A DNA stretch of 64,000 bases from an uncultured Verrucomicrobiae bacterium. GTDB taxonomy: Bacteria; Verrucomicrobiota; Verrucomicrobiia; Chthoniobacterales; UBA10450. The stretch covers positions 32,001 through 96,000 of the forward strand of contig CAVYXA010000003.1 in assembly GCA_963772365.1 (NCBI GenBank), written 5' to 3'. Position 1 is the stretch's first letter. The number at the start of each line of letters is the position of its first letter. This document shows positions 48,870 to 59,738 of the stretch, one piece after another. A program made the translations under genes and the position numbers. The notes beneath the pieces are model-generated. The model saw nothing but the letters and a program-made list of their open reading frames with translations, had not been told where the DNA came from and made no database searches.

Positions 48870-50678
48870 ATGGATAAAATCCGCAACATAGCCATCATTG
48901 CGCACGTCGATCACGGCAAGACCACCCTTGTCGATCAACTACTGCGGCAATCTGGAACGTTCCGTTCTAACCAAAAAGTCGAGGAGCGCGTCATGGATTC
49001 GATGGATCTCGAACGGGAAAAGGGGATCACGATTCGCGCCAAGAATGCCGCGTTTCAATGGAACGGGTACCGCATCAACATTGTGGATACGCCGGGGCAT
49101 GCTGATTTCGGCGGCGAAGTGGAGCGGATCATGAAAATGGTCGATGGCGTATTGCTGGTTGTCGATGCTCACGATGGCCCGCAGGCCCAAACTCGCTTTG
49201 TCCTCCGCAAGGCGCTGGAGAATCAGCTCAAGCCGATTGTGGTCATTAACAAAATCGACCGCGAGAACGCCGAGCCGCACCAGGTTCTCGATAAAGTGTT
49301 CGATCTTTTTGTCGAATTAAAGGCGACTGACCAACAGCTCGATTTCCCGATCGTTTACGCCAGCGCGAAGAACGGTTATGCCACGCGCGATCTGAATCAG
49401 CGGAGCGAGGACATGACGCCACTGTTTCAAGCGATCGTTCAACAGGTGCCGCCGCCGCGCACTTCTGAAGAGCCATTTTTCCAAATGCTGGTGTCGAATC
49501 TCGACTATAGCGATTATCTTGGGCGCGTTGCCCTTGGTCGAATCGTTAGCGGCCAAGTGGCCGTGGGCGATTCGATCGTATGTATTCATCGTGACGGCCG
49601 CCCGGAACGTAATGCCGTGACAGCGTTGTTCACTTACGAGGGTTTGGAGCAGGTCCAGATCAAACAAGCGAGTGCCGGCGACATCGTCGGCCTCACCGGT
49701 TTCGAGGAGGTTTATATCGGGGAAACGTTGACCGATTCGGAGGATCGACAATCACTGGAGTTTGTCGATATCGATCCGCCGACGATTCGGATGCGGATTC
49801 TGGTGAACGATTCGCCTTTTGCCGGGCGCGAAGGAAAATTCGTGACGGCGCGGCATGTTCGCGATCGCTTGACGCGCGAAACGCGCGGGAATGTTTCGCT
49901 CCAAGTCAACGACACCGAGGCGGCGGGAGCCTTCGAAATCAACGCCCGCGGCGAAATGCAAATCGCGATCCTCGTCGAGCAAATGCGTCGGGAAGGTTAC
50001 GAAGTGATGGTCTCGCGGCCGGAGGTCATTTTTCATCGCTCTGAGGATGGGAGCCTGCTCGAGCCGCTGGAGAATCTCTATGTCGATCTTCCTAATGAAA
50101 AGCTGGGCGATATTTTGCAATCAATTGCCAATCGCAAAGGCGAAGTCACCGGGATGTCTCATCATGAGACTCGCGTTTCAATCGAAGCGATCATCCCGAC
50201 CCGCGGCTTGATCGGCTTCGAGACCGACCTGGTGAATCTGACCCGCGGCGAAGGTTTGATGAGTCATCTCTTTCGCGAGTATGCCCCGTTCCGTGGGGAA
50301 ATCGATGGACGTGGTCGCGGCGTGATGGTCTCGATGGAACCCGGAATTAGCACCGCTTACGCGCTCAATAATATTCAGGAGCGCGGGCGGTTGTTCATCG
50401 GTCCGCAGGAGGATGTTTACGAAGGCATGATCGTGGGCGAGAACGCCCGGCCCGAGGATTTACCCGTCAACCCCTGCAAAGCGAAACATCTTACGAACAT
50501 GCGGAGCCAGGGCGATGGCAAAGGCATCCAGCTCGAAGCGCCGCTGCGGATGACTCTTGAGCGCGCGATCGAGTACATCGACATCGACGAATATGTCGAA
50601 GCGACGCCGAAATCGTTGCGACTCCGCAAACGGATTCTCGATGCCACCGCGCGCAAGCGCGCTGCTGCAGCCGCGTAG
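48870..50678 (+). CDS. typA: Translational GTPase TypA/BipA
   Basis: [53 protein letters not shown]. Confidence 0.97.
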   Translation: MDKIRNIAIIAHVDHGKTTLVDQLLRQSGTFRSNQKVEERVMDSMDLEREKGITIRAKNAAFQWNGYRINIVDTPGHADFGGEVERIMKMVDGVLLVVDAHDGPQAQTRFVLRKALENQLKPIVVINKIDRENAEPHQVLDKVFDLFVELKATDQQLDFPIVYASAKNGYATRDLNQRSEDMTPLFQAIVQQVPPPRTSEEPFFQMLVSNLDYSDYLGRVALGRIVSGQVAVGDSIVCIHRDGRPERNAVTALFTYEGLEQVQIKQASAGDIVGLTGFEEVYIGETLTDSEDRQSLEFVDIDPPTIRMRILVNDSPFAGREGKFVTARHVRDRLTRETRGNVSLQVNDTEAAGAFEINARGEMQIAILVEQMRREGYEVMVSRPEVIFHRSEDGSLLEPLENLYVDLPNEKLGDILQSIANRKGEVTGMSHHETRVSIEAIIPTRGLIGFETDLVNLTRGEGLMSHLFREYAPFRGEIDGRGRGVMVSMEPGISTAYALNNIQERGRLFIGPQEDVYEGMIVGENARPEDLPVNPCKAKHLTNMRSQGDGKGIQLEAPLRMTLERAIEYIDIDEYVEATPKSLRLRKRILDATARKRAAAAA

Positions 50679-50756
50679 GTGGGATCGGCTTTTTCAAAGA
50701 CGAAGCTTGGCGGCAAGCCGCTCGGCTAACAACGCGCTCGGAGATCGCATTCCACC
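50677..50756 (-). repeat. Repeat family B, copy between convergent typA and ribF
   Basis: Reverse complement GGTGGAATGCGATCTCCGAGCGCGTTG..GCGGCTTGCCGC..GAAAAAGCCGATCCCACCT. Confidence 0.7.
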
Positions 50757-50758
50757 AT

Positions 50759-51688
50759 TTAGCGTCCCGTTAACTCCCGCGCCCTCTGAACATCGGCTGC
50801 GATCTGTTTTACCAGAGCATCGACATCCTCAAATTTCTTTTCGGCTCTGAGGTACTCTCGAAATCGGACCTCGATCTCTTTCCCGTAAAGGTCGTCCGAA
50901 AAATCGAGCAAATGAATCTCTAATATGCGCTCCGACTTGCCGCTGCTTACGGTGGGGCGACAGCCGAGATTGATCACACCCGGGTGCTTCTCTCCGTCGA
51001 AAATCGCTTCGGCGAAATAGACTCCGTTGGGCGGAAATTGTTCGCTGTGCGCGCTGAGGTTTGCCGTGGGGAAGCCAAATTTCTTTCCCAGATTATCTCC
51101 CGGTACGACCGTTCCAAGAATCGTGTAATCTCGGCCGAGCATTTCTTTGGCCGTTGTAAAATCACCCGCTTCAACTGCCTGGCGAATGGCTGTGCTACTC
51201 ACGACCGAACCATTGATCGTCACCGGCCGAATCCCGACCACATTGAAATCGAAACGCGCCCCCAGTTTCTCGAGAAGATCGAGGTCGCCGCGTCTATTTT
51301 TGCCGAAAGACCATTCGTGTCCGACACAGATTTCGCGCAGCGGCCTCGAAGACTTCACGAGTTGCTCGACAAACTCCTCCGGCTCGGTGGCGGCAAATTG
51401 TTTATCGAAGTGAATCAGAAGAAGATGGCGGACACCGAAATCGCGGATTAACGCGATCTTGTGTTGTGTCGCGGTAAGCAGATGTGGCGCCTTGTCTGGC
51501 CGAAGCACTTTCATCGGATGAGGATCGAACGTGACTACGACCGCGGTGCCATCTCCCGCTCGAGCGTGCTGGGCGGATATAGAAATCACCGCTTGATGAC
51601 CACGATGAACTCCATCGAAAACACCAATGGCGAGGAACAATGGGCCATCGAGCTGGGCCAATTCCGGAATCGATCGCAAAATCTCCAT
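50759..51688 (-). CDS. ribF: Bifunctional riboflavin kinase/FAD synthetase
   Basis: IGVFDGVHRGH, TFDPHP, SSTAIR, GFPTAN, G.RPT, EIHLLDF. Confidence 0.96.
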   Translation of the reverse strand: MEILRSIPELAQLDGPLFLAIGVFDGVHRGHQAVISISAQHARAGDGTAVVVTFDPHPMKVLRPDKAPHLLTATQHKIALIRDFGVRHLLLIHFDKQFAATEPEEFVEQLVKSSRPLREICVGHEWSFGKNRRGDLDLLEKLGARFDFNVVGIRPVTINGSVVSSTAIRQAVEAGDFTTAKEMLGRDYTILGTVVPGDNLGKKFGFPTANLSAHSEQFPPNGVYFAEAIFDGEKHPGVINLGCRPTVSSGKSERILEIHLLDFSDDLYGKEIEVRFREYLRAEKKFEDVDALVKQIAADVQRARELTGR

Positions 51689-51708
51689 TAGAACAAAATC
51701 CGAATCCT

Positions 51709-52425
51709 CTAAGCTCCTCTCATCCGCGAAACCTCGGGAAGAGTAAGAAGCCGTTTTAGGGTCTCTTCGCGCGGCCAATTTTTGATTTCATCGACGGTGA
51801 TCGCATTCGCGACATCGAACCGGCCGGATTTGGTTCGGCGCAACGTTTTCAAATGCGCGCCACAACCGAGAATCTCGCCAATATCGTGCACATAAGTGCG
51901 CACATAAAAACCCTTGCTGCAAAGCACGCTGAAATCGATTTCGGGAAGAGCGATTCGGTCAATCGTGTGGCGATACACGTGAACGAGCCGCGGCTCGCGC
52001 TCGACCACTTTGCCCTGACGCGCCAGCTTGTAGAGCGGTACGCCGCCATGTTTCTTGGCAGAGACCATGGGCGGCGTTTGATAGAAATCGCCGCGAAATT
52101 TTTCAAACGCGGCCCGAATCTGATCTTCGCTCAACTCGGGAACCGCTCGCTCCTGCATCACTTTACCTTCTCGATCCTGCGTGTCGGTTGCGATCCCGAG
52201 GACAAACGTGCCGGCATACTCCTTGTCCTCGCTCATGAGCAGGTCCTGAATTTTCGTCCCGCGGCCAATGGTCAGAATCAGCAGGCCCGTGGCGATGGGA
52301 TCTAGCGTCCCGCAATGACCGACCTTCTTCGTGCCGAGCTGCCGGCGAACCACCGCAACGACATCGTGCGAGGTCATGCCTTCGGCTTTGTCCACGAGGA
52401 GGACACCATCAATTGTTGGAAGCAT
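51709..52425 (-). CDS. truB: tRNA pseudouridine(55) synthase
   Basis: DKAEGMTSHDVV, KVGHCGTLDP, PPMVSAKK, CSKGFYVRT, LRRT. Confidence 0.96.
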   Translation of the reverse strand: MLPTIDGVLLVDKAEGMTSHDVVAVVRRQLGTKKVGHCGTLDPIATGLLILTIGRGTKIQDLLMSEDKEYAGTFVLGIATDTQDREGKVMQERAVPELSEDQIRAAFEKFRGDFYQTPPMVSAKKHGGVPLYKLARQGKVVEREPRLVHVYRHTIDRIALPEIDFSVLCSKGFYVRTYVHDIGEILGCGAHLKTLRRTKSGRFDVANAITVDEIKNWPREETLKRLLTLPEVSRMRGA

Positions 52426-52439
52426 GGTTGAAGCGTTCG

Positions 52440-52585
52440 GTAGCGCACGCGTCCCGCGTGCTGGTTTCGGCGTCGCGCCGAAACAGGCTCTTATTGTAAT
52501 TTCCTTACCTGCGGGCTCGGAGATGTCGAAGAGAAAGTTCGCGATCGCGAGACGCGCTCGCCCGCACGCGAGACGCATGCGCTAC
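52440..52585. repeat. GTAG-type REP doublet (inverted pair)
   Basis: GTAGCGCACGCGTCCCGCGTGC ... GCACGCGAGACGCATGCGCTAC, with internal hairpin GTTTCGGCG-TCG-CGCCGAAAC. Confidence 0.65.
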
Positions 52586-52615
52586 GCAATCCGAATGCAC
52601 GCGCGCGCATAGCCT

Positions 52616-53599
52616 TCAACGCCCTAATTCTTCAACTCTCTCGCGCACTTCTCTCAACACGCGCTCCTGTACGTCGCGCAATGTGCCAAGAATGCGTGCG
52701 CCGGCGGCAAGAACGTGACCGCCGCCGCCGAATTTCTTACAAATCGCGCAAACATCGACAGCTTCATCCTTCGATCGCATGCTCACGCGCACCTTGCCGT
52801 CGTTTAGTTCCTCGAAAAATACGGCCACGATCACGCCACGAATTGCGCGAAGGTGATCGATCAGGCCTTCGTTATCCTCAGGAAGGACATTCAACTCCGC
52901 CGCTGTCTTCAGGCTGAGACTGAAACTTGCAACCTGGCCCTCGAGCTCAAATTGCATCGTCCGCAAAAGCTCGCGCAACAGTTCGAGCCGGCGGTGGGGA
53001 TAGTTCTCGTAGGTTAAACGGCTGATCCGGCCAACATCGACACCGCACCGGACCAGCTCGGCGGCGATCTCGAATGTGCGCGCTGTCGTGTTGGGATATT
53101 GAAACGAGCCGGTGTCGGTCGATATGGCGACGTAAAGATTCTCAGCGATCTCGTTGTCGATAGGTAATTTTTGATCCTTGATCAATTCGAACAGAATCTG
53201 GGCCGTAGCCGGCGCGTTCGGATCGATGCAAACCAAATCGCCATAACCGGGATTGCTGGGATGATGATCGATATTGATCCAGAGCTTGGCCGATCCAATT
53301 GCCTTTAGCGTTGTGCCCAGGCGATTTTGAATTGCTGTATCGAGAGCGAGAACAACATCGACATCTTCAGCTACGCCCGGTGGTTGAGTCAGCAATTCTG
53401 CCCGCGCGAGATAGGAATATTTCTCCAGCACTCCGTCTTCGTTCCAAACCCGAACATCCTTTCCCAGTTTTTTCAAAGAAAGAGCAAGAGCCAACTGGCT
53501 GCCGAGGGCGTCGCCATCGGGACGAACATGGCTCAAGATCGCAAAGCGCTGATGCTCGCGTAAGGCCCGGCCTATTTCAGAGAATTTGGACGTGCTCAC
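52616..53599 (-). CDS. nrnA: DHH-family bifunctional oligoribonuclease/PAP phosphatase
   Basis: HVRPDGDALGS, NIDHH, TDTGSF, VSMRS, GGGGH..AAG. Confidence 0.9.
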   Translation of the reverse strand: MSTSKFSEIGRALREHQRFAILSHVRPDGDALGSQLALALSLKKLGKDVRVWNEDGVLEKYSYLARAELLTQPPGVAEDVDVVLALDTAIQNRLGTTLKAIGSAKLWINIDHHPSNPGYGDLVCIDPNAPATAQILFELIKDQKLPIDNEIAENLYVAISTDTGSFQYPNTTARTFEIAAELVRCGVDVGRISRLTYENYPHRRLELLRELLRTMQFELEGQVASFSLSLKTAAELNVLPEDNEGLIDHLRAIRGVIVAVFFEELNDGKVRVSMRSKDEAVDVCAICKKFGGGGHVLAAGARILGTLRDVQERVLREVRERVEELGR

Positions 53600-53608
53600 G
53601 TTAGGCGA

Positions 53609-53947
53609 TCAATTCTCGTTGTCGATCTTGTCCATGATCTCGATCACGCGCGCGCCCCGCTCGATGGATTTATCGAGATGGAAAATAAGATGCGGTGTGT
53701 ATTTCAAGACTACCTTGCGCGAGAGGGTGGATTGAAGCACCGCGCGATTTTCTTCCAGCTTGTTCATGACATCTTCTTTCTTGCTCGAACCGAGAACACT
53801 AACAAAAACGTGTGCGCTTTTCAGGTCAGGCGCAACATCGACAGCGTTAATGCTGACCAGAGCACCTTCGAAGTTGATCTCGCGCACAATGATCCCGCTC
53901 AGCTCTCGCTTTACCATTTCGTTTACGCGCAATTGTCGATGTTTCAT
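53609..53947 (-). CDS. rbfA: Ribosome-binding factor A
   Basis: R..RV.E, V.PDLKSA.VFVS, LKYTPHLIF..D.SIE; operon position. Confidence 0.95.
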   Translation of the reverse strand: MKHRQLRVNEMVKRELSGIIVREINFEGALVSINAVDVAPDLKSAHVFVSVLGSSKKEDVMNKLEENRAVLQSTLSRKVVLKYTPHLIFHLDKSIERGARVIEIMDKIDNEN

Positions 53948-53958
53948 GTGATTCCGCC

Positions 53959-54044
53959 TATCATCCTGAGCGACAGCGAAGGATCCCGTGATTTTCCCTT
54001 AAAGGTTTCGCCTCGGGATTCCTTGACTTCGCTCGGAACGGCTA
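53959..54044. repeat. Repeat family A, copy between infB and rbfA
   Basis: TATCATCCTGAGCGACAGCGAAGGATCCC ... GGGATTCCTTGACTTCGCTCGGAACGGC. Confidence 0.7.
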
Positions 54045-56243
54045 AAGTTTCTGCGCCACCTGCTCGAGTTGATAACACTCGATGATATCGCCTACCTGAT
54101 ATTCGCTGAAGTCACCCAGCTTGATGCCACACTCCAAACCGGACCGGACTTCTTTCACATCGTCCTGGAAACGTCGCAGTGTGGAAAGGCCGCCATCATA
54201 AACGGGCTGACGTTTTCGCAGCACACGAGCACGAGCAGTTCGGGCAATTCGTCCATCGGTGACCAGACATCCGGCCACGATTCCTTTGGTCAACTTGAAG
54301 ATTTGTTTTACCTCCGCATGACCAATGACTGTTTCGCGATGCTCCGGTTCGAGCAGTCCGGCCATGGCGTCTTTGATCTGGTCGATTAACTCGTAGATGA
54401 TGCTGTAGAGTTTGACCTGCACACCTTCGCGTTTTGCGGCCGGAACAGCCATCGATTCCACTTTGACGTTGAATCCGACGACGACTGCATCCGACGCGCT
54501 GGCCAGCAAAATGTCCGACTCGGAAATCGGGCCCGCGGCGGCGTGAATGATTTCCAGATCGATTTTCTTGCTCTCAATTTGATTGAGCGCGCCCGTGATC
54601 GCTTCCACGGATCCCTGGGCATCACACTTCAACACGATGCGCAAAGTTTTCTTTCCATCCGCAGCTTGAAGCAGGCTTTCCAAGGTGGCCCGCTGCGGTG
54701 TACTCAGTTTGTTCGCGCGTTTGGCTTCCAATCGCTCGTCGCTTAATTGCTTTGCCGCGCGCTCCGATTCCATCACCAGAAGTTCGTCACCGGCATTCGG
54801 TAGGCCGGTAAAACCGAGCACCTTTACCGCTGTCGATGGGCCGACTTCCTTGACCGGCTTGCCTTGGTCGTCGAGAAGTGATTTCACCTTCCCGCCGTAG
54901 TCTCCGCAAATGAATGGGTCGCCGATTTTCAATGTGCCCATTTGGACAATCACGGTAGCAGTCGGGCCGCGTCCGGCCTCGACTTGCGCTTCAATCACCG
55001 TCCCGCGTGGCGTCGCAGTGGGCGATGCTTTCAATTCCATCACCTCGGATTGAAGAATCATCATCTCCAGCAGATGATCGATGCCGGTGCCCTTCGTAGC
55101 GGAGACTGGACAAACAATGGTTTCGCCGCCCCAATCTTCCGGGGTGAGCTCATGCTCTTGAAGCTGCTTTTTTGCTCTGTCGATGTTGGCGCCGGGAAGA
55201 TCGATCTTGTTGAGCGCGACAATAATTTTCACATGTGGCGCCGCTTTGGCGTGATTGATAGCTTCGATCGTTTGCGGCATGACGCCGTCATCGGCCGCAA
55301 CCACGAGCACCACGATGTCTGTAACGTTGGCGCCTCGTGCCCGCATCGCAGTGAACGCGGCATGGCCTGGTGTATCAATAAATGTTATCTGGTGTCCCTG
55401 GTGCTCGACACTATATGCCCCAATATGTTGGGTGATTCCGCCCGCTTCACCCGCTGCCACTCGCGTCTTCCGGATGGCATCCATGAGCGAAGTCTTTCCA
55501 TGATCGACATGTCCCATGAACGTAATCACCGGACCCCGTGTCTCGAGCTCCTCTTCTTTTTCAATGACCGGCGGCGGCGGTGCAACGACCGCCTGTTCCA
55601 CCTTATGCACACCCCCACCTTTCTCGCGTCGCTCTTTTTCAAGAAAAAACCCGTGGTTCTCTGCGATCTTCGAAGCGATATCCGGCTCGACGGTTTGATT
55701 GATATTGGCGAATACGTTGTAGCTCATCAGCTCAGCGATGAGCTGATGCGGCTTGAGTTCTAGCTGAACCGCCAGTTCCTTGACGATGATCGGCGGCTTG
55801 AAGTGGATGACCTTCTGTGTTCCTGCCTCAGCTTCTGCGGCAGGCGCGCCATTTGGTTTGACTACTGACTCAGCGTCCTCAGTCGGCTCCGGCACGGGAG
55901 TTGGCGCTCGTGGTGCAGGAACTGGCGCCGGCGCTTCTATCTTGGGCAAAATTTTCGAAATTGGCGGCAGGATCGGAGGCTTGCTCTTTACCTGACCATC
56001 CTTTGGCTCCTTGGCGGATTTCCCCTTATCAATTAGCGAAACCGGCTTAGATGCGTCGGATTTCGCAGGAGTCTTGGCGGCTGGCGTTCGGGCGGTTTTC
56101 GCAGCCGCCATCGCAGCGGATTTTTTTTCCGGCTCAGCTTTCTTCTTGGCAGCAGCGACCTTTGTCTTGGGAGCGGGCTTGGATGCAGTGGTAGCTTTCG
56201 CTGTTTTGCGCGTCGCAGTCTTGCTGGTCGTCTTTGCTGGCAT
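54042..56243 (-). CDS. infB: Translation initiation factor IF-2
   Basis: [39 protein letters not shown]. Confidence 0.98.
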   Translation of the reverse strand: MPAKTTSKTATRKTAKATTASKPAPKTKVAAAKKKAEPEKKSAAMAAAKTARTPAAKTPAKSDASKPVSLIDKGKSAKEPKDGQVKSKPPILPPISKILPKIEAPAPVPAPRAPTPVPEPTEDAESVVKPNGAPAAEAEAGTQKVIHFKPPIIVKELAVQLELKPHQLIAELMSYNVFANINQTVEPDIASKIAENHGFFLEKERREKGGGVHKVEQAVVAPPPPVIEKEEELETRGPVITFMGHVDHGKTSLMDAIRKTRVAAGEAGGITQHIGAYSVEHQGHQITFIDTPGHAAFTAMRARGANVTDIVVLVVAADDGVMPQTIEAINHAKAAPHVKIIVALNKIDLPGANIDRAKKQLQEHELTPEDWGGETIVCPVSATKGTGIDHLLEMMILQSEVMELKASPTATPRGTVIEAQVEAGRGPTATVIVQMGTLKIGDPFICGDYGGKVKSLLDDQGKPVKEVGPSTAVKVLGFTGLPNAGDELLVMESERAAKQLSDERLEAKRANKLSTPQRATLESLLQAADGKKTLRIVLKCDAQGSVEAITGALNQIESKKIDLEIIHAAAGPISESDILLASASDAVVVGFNVKVESMAVPAAKREGVQVKLYSIIYELIDQIKDAMAGLLEPEHRETVIGHAEVKQIFKLTKGIVAGCLVTDGRIARTARARVLRKRQPVYDGGLSTLRRFQDDVKEVRSGLECGIKLGDFSEYQVGDIIECYQLEQVAQKL

Positions 56244-56273
56244 TGTCGAAATTTTCTTTCATGGCTCGTGCCT

Positions 56274-57539
56274 TTAAGCAGAGCCGGCTTTTTGCGGTTC
56301 CTCTTGTTGATGAACGGCGTCGTGGATCTCCTGCGCCTTCTGTTCGTCGACGGTCAAAATGTCCACCAAGTCCTTCACATCGGCCTGACGCAGACCTTCC
56401 AAATTCGTGAAGCCCGATTTAACGAGCGCAACAGCTTGCTCCTCAGTGACCGGGAGCGCGCCCGCGAGCGTTTGGGCCGCGTGCGCGACTTTCTGTTCGA
56501 CTACCGTCGTAGCCGACGTGTCCTTGTCGATGTTAATTTCCCAACCAGTAAGGCGGGAAGTCAGCCGCGCATTTTGGCCTTTCTTTCCGATGGCGAGCGA
56601 AAGCTGATCTTCGTCCACTGAGATTTGCACGCTCTTCTTTTCGGTATCGAAGGTCAAATTCTTGACCTTAGCTGGCTTGAGCGCTTCGAGAATGTATTCC
56701 CGCGGATCGGAGCTCCAGCGGATGATGTCCACCTTTTCGTTGTTCAGCTCGCGGACGATGTTCTTAACGCGTGAGCCGCGCATTCCAACACATGCGCCCA
56801 CTGGATCGACTTTATCGTTTGCACTCGAGACCGCGATCTTGGTTCGATAGCCGGCCTCGCGGGCAATACCGCGAATCTCGACGGTTCCATCGGCGATTTC
56901 ACTCACTTCCAATTCAAAAAGTCGGCGAACAAAATTCGGATGACTTCGCGACACGATGATTTCCGGGCCGCGAACTCCGTTCTCGACCGCGACCACGTAT
57001 GCGCGGAGCCGGTCACCGACGTTGTAATCTTCCACCGCGACGCGTTCCCGTTGCGGCATTACTGCCTCAAACTTCCCAAGATCGAGAATTACATCGGACC
57101 GATCGAACCGTCGCACCGTGCCGCTCACAATCTCACCTGCGCGGTCTTTAAACTCCTCGTAAATCATCTCCTTCTCGACTTGGCGGATACGCTGCATCAT
57201 TGCCTGCTTGGCGGTCTGAGCGGCGATGCGACCAAAGTTTTTCGGTGTTACTTCGATCTCGACCGACTCGCCCAGTTTTGCGTCGGGCTTGAGCTTGCGC
57301 GCTTTGCTCAGATCGATCTCGTCCTGTGGATTCGCGACCTGATCCACGACGAGCAGATTGGCGAGCGCCCGGATTTCGCCTGTCTTTGGATTGATATCGA
57401 TGTGCAAATCGCGCGAAGCGCCCACACTCTTCTTGGAAGCGGAGAGGAGCGCATTGGAAACCGCCTCGATCAGGATTTCGCGTTTGATCCCGCGCTCCCG
57501 TTCCAGGTATTCCAACATGGCGATAAATTCCGCGTTCAT
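56274..57539 (-). CDS. nusA: Transcription termination/antitermination factor NusA
   Basis: FGRIAAQTAKQ, SRSHP, AREAGYRTK, GACVGMRGSRV, SLAIGKKGQNARL. Confidence 0.98.
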   Translation of the reverse strand: MNAEFIAMLEYLERERGIKREILIEAVSNALLSASKKSVGASRDLHIDINPKTGEIRALANLLVVDQVANPQDEIDLSKARKLKPDAKLGESVEIEVTPKNFGRIAAQTAKQAMMQRIRQVEKEMIYEEFKDRAGEIVSGTVRRFDRSDVILDLGKFEAVMPQRERVAVEDYNVGDRLRAYVVAVENGVRGPEIIVSRSHPNFVRRLFELEVSEIADGTVEIRGIAREAGYRTKIAVSSANDKVDPVGACVGMRGSRVKNIVRELNNEKVDIIRWSSDPREYILEALKPAKVKNLTFDTEKKSVQISVDEDQLSLAIGKKGQNARLTSRLTGWEINIDKDTSATTVVEQKVAHAAQTLAGALPVTEEQAVALVKSGFTNLEGLRQADVKDLVDILTVDEQKAQEIHDAVHQQEEPQKAGSA

Positions 57540-57560
57540 AAAACACACAGCCCGCAGACG

Positions 57561-57589
57561 AAAAAGAGTGGGACACCAGTTCCCACTCC
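57561..57589 (-). promoter_or_regulatory. Terminator-like attenuator hairpin in the nusA operon leader (rimP-leader-like)
   Basis: Minus strand GAGTGGGA-ACTGGTG-TCCCACTC followed by TTTTT, ~20 nt upstream of the nusA ATG. Confidence 0.75.
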
Positions 57590-57702
57590 ATGCAGCGTGC
57601 GCGGACTAGAGTCTCAACTTAATTTTCAACTCCTACCTCGTCAAGGGTGCGGCTTTGATTCTGTTTGAACCCGCAGGCTCGACTGTCCAATCTCAACACC
57701 GA

Positions 57703-59118
57703 ATGATCACTCGGGGACAGGGGTTCTTGACGGTCCTGCTGATTTGGGCGGCGATTTATCTGCCAGCGCTCGGTTCGCTCGAAATCAAAGGCGAAGAAGG
57801 CCGCCGGATTCTGCCGGCGATCCGAATGCTCGATACCGGAGACTACCTTGTGCCGCGAGTGGGCAGCGAACCATATCTGCGAAAGCCGCCCCTGATTAAC
57901 TGGCTGGTCGCTGCTTCATTCAGGGTTTTCCGTCAACGAAATGAATGGACGGCGCGGCTCCCATCTGTCCTCTGTGTGCTCGGCGCGGCATTTTGTTTTA
58001 TCACAATCGCCCGGACGAGCCTCGGCAATATTGGATCGTTGGTCGCCGCGCTGATTTGGCTGACGAATGCGGGCTTGATCGAGAAAGGTCGCTTGATCGA
58101 AATTGAGGCACTTTACGTTTCCTTGTTTGCTGCTGCTTTTATTTGCTGGTTAAGCTGGTGGAAACAGCGGCGATCTCCGTGGCTGACGTGGATAGTGCCC
58201 TGGATTTTTCTCGGTTTGGGTTGGCTCGCAAAAGGTCCGCTTCACCTCTTTTTCTTTTACGCGATTCTGGTTGCCATTCTGTGGCAAGCCCGAGAAGGCC
58301 GAGCGCTCTGGAGCGTTCCGCATCTGATCGGCGTAATTGTGATGTTGTCGATCTTCGCCGCCTGGGCGATCCCATTCGAGCAGGCGACCGGCGGACTACA
58401 CACTGCCGAGGTTTGGTCCCGACAATTCTCCGGGCGACTGTCCCCCGAGGCGTTTCACTGGAAAACCTGGTTAATAAATATTCCCAAGAGTCTCGCCTAC
58501 TTTTTACCCTGGCTGATTTTTGTTCCGCTAATTGGATTTCATCGAGGCCGGTTCCGAGAAGAACACCGCGCTTTGATCTGGGGCATGGCGATTTCGTTAG
58601 TGATTGTCGATCTTGTTCCCGGAGCGTTGCCGCGTTACACGATGCCGTTGATCGCGCCGTTTGCATGGTTAACCGCATCGGTTTTGTGCGATGACAATTA
58701 TGTCTGGCCGCAATTCCTGGGCGGCGAATCGTTGAAGAAGCGATGGAGGGTTATCGGTCTTGTTGTGGTACTGATGTGTGTGGGCGTGTGGATTTATGCC
58801 TTCGGAATTGTTCCGCGTTTGCGACCGAAATTGAAGCCAATCGCCGCGAAAATTGAAGCCGTTATACCTCGAGGGGAACGGCTTTACGCTGTTGATCCAG
58901 ACTATGAGCCGTTTCTGTTTTATGTTCATCGACCGATCTCATATGTAAGCCGCGTGGAAGATCTGCCGCGCGACACGCATTATTTTTTGGTGCGCCCGGA
59001 GAATGAAGACCGGGCATCGCGAGCGGGGGAATGGCTCTCAGGACCTGCGCAGCGGGTTTTGTCGATACGGGATTATCGGCAATGGAGAACCTCGCTTTTC
59101 ATTGTGCAGCGGCGGTAA
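57703..59118 (+). CDS. ArnT/GT39-like (GT-C) membrane glycosyltransferase
   Basis: EEGRR..A..M, YLRKPPL..W, EWTARLPS, LAKGP; many TM helices. Confidence 0.85.
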   Translation: MITRGQGFLTVLLIWAAIYLPALGSLEIKGEEGRRILPAIRMLDTGDYLVPRVGSEPYLRKPPLINWLVAASFRVFRQRNEWTARLPSVLCVLGAAFCFITIARTSLGNIGSLVAALIWLTNAGLIEKGRLIEIEALYVSLFAAAFICWLSWWKQRRSPWLTWIVPWIFLGLGWLAKGPLHLFFFYAILVAILWQAREGRALWSVPHLIGVIVMLSIFAAWAIPFEQATGGLHTAEVWSRQFSGRLSPEAFHWKTWLINIPKSLAYFLPWLIFVPLIGFHRGRFREEHRALIWGMAISLVIVDLVPGALPRYTMPLIAPFAWLTASVLCDDNYVWPQFLGGESLKKRWRVIGLVVVLMCVGVWIYAFGIVPRLRPKLKPIAAKIEAVIPRGERLYAVDPDYEPFLFYVHRPISYVSRVEDLPRDTHYFLVRPENEDRASRAGEWLSGPAQRVLSIRDYRQWRTSLFIVQRR

Positions 59119-59187
59119 GGGAAAATGGTCAGCCCGAGTTTGACAGCCCCATCCTTCGGCAATAGTTAGCATGCGAACGATCTGGAT

Positions 59188-59738
59188 ATGCCGAAACTCG
59201 ATGAGGAAGCTTTTGGCCCTCTGCTGCACGGAACCGCGCGGGCATGGCGCCTGAAGCTGGACGAACGGCTCAAGCCGATGGGCCTCAGCCAGGCCAAATG
59301 GCGAACTCTGCTGCACTTATCAGTTGCTTCCGAAACGCTGACTCAGGCGGAAATCGCAGCGCGGCTTGGAATCGAAGAGCCATCTCTTGTCACCTTATTG
59401 CATCGCTTGGAAAACGAGGGCTGGGTCAGGCGCAGAAACGCGCCGCATGATCGACGATGTAAGACCGTACAACTTAGCGGCGTGCGCAACGTGTGATTAC
59501 CCAGATCACTACGACAGCCGGTCAACTTCGGCAGGAACTCCTCGCCGAAATTCCGGCTGCAGAGTTGCAGACTTGCATGCGGGTACTCGCGCAGATCCGC
59601 CAAAAGGCAGAAGCGGGAAGAAACGCGAGCGCGCGAACTCTTTCCAAACAAGAGTCGAGGCAGAACGGTCAAAAGCGAAACGGGCAGCGAATAAACAATC
59701 GGGCGGTGTCGCATCGCCAGCCCGCAAGGGGAGAATGA
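59188..59738 (+). CDS. MarR/SlyA-family regulator (frame break near 59490)
   Basis: GLSQAKW, LTQAEIA..LGIE..SLV.LL.RLE..GWV.R..DRR.K; C-terminal helices in ORF 59493-59738. Confidence 0.85.

Noticed and set aside
55800..56243. Lys/Ala/Pro-rich histone-like N-terminus of IF-2
   Set aside because: IF-2 N-termini are known to be variable and low-complexity
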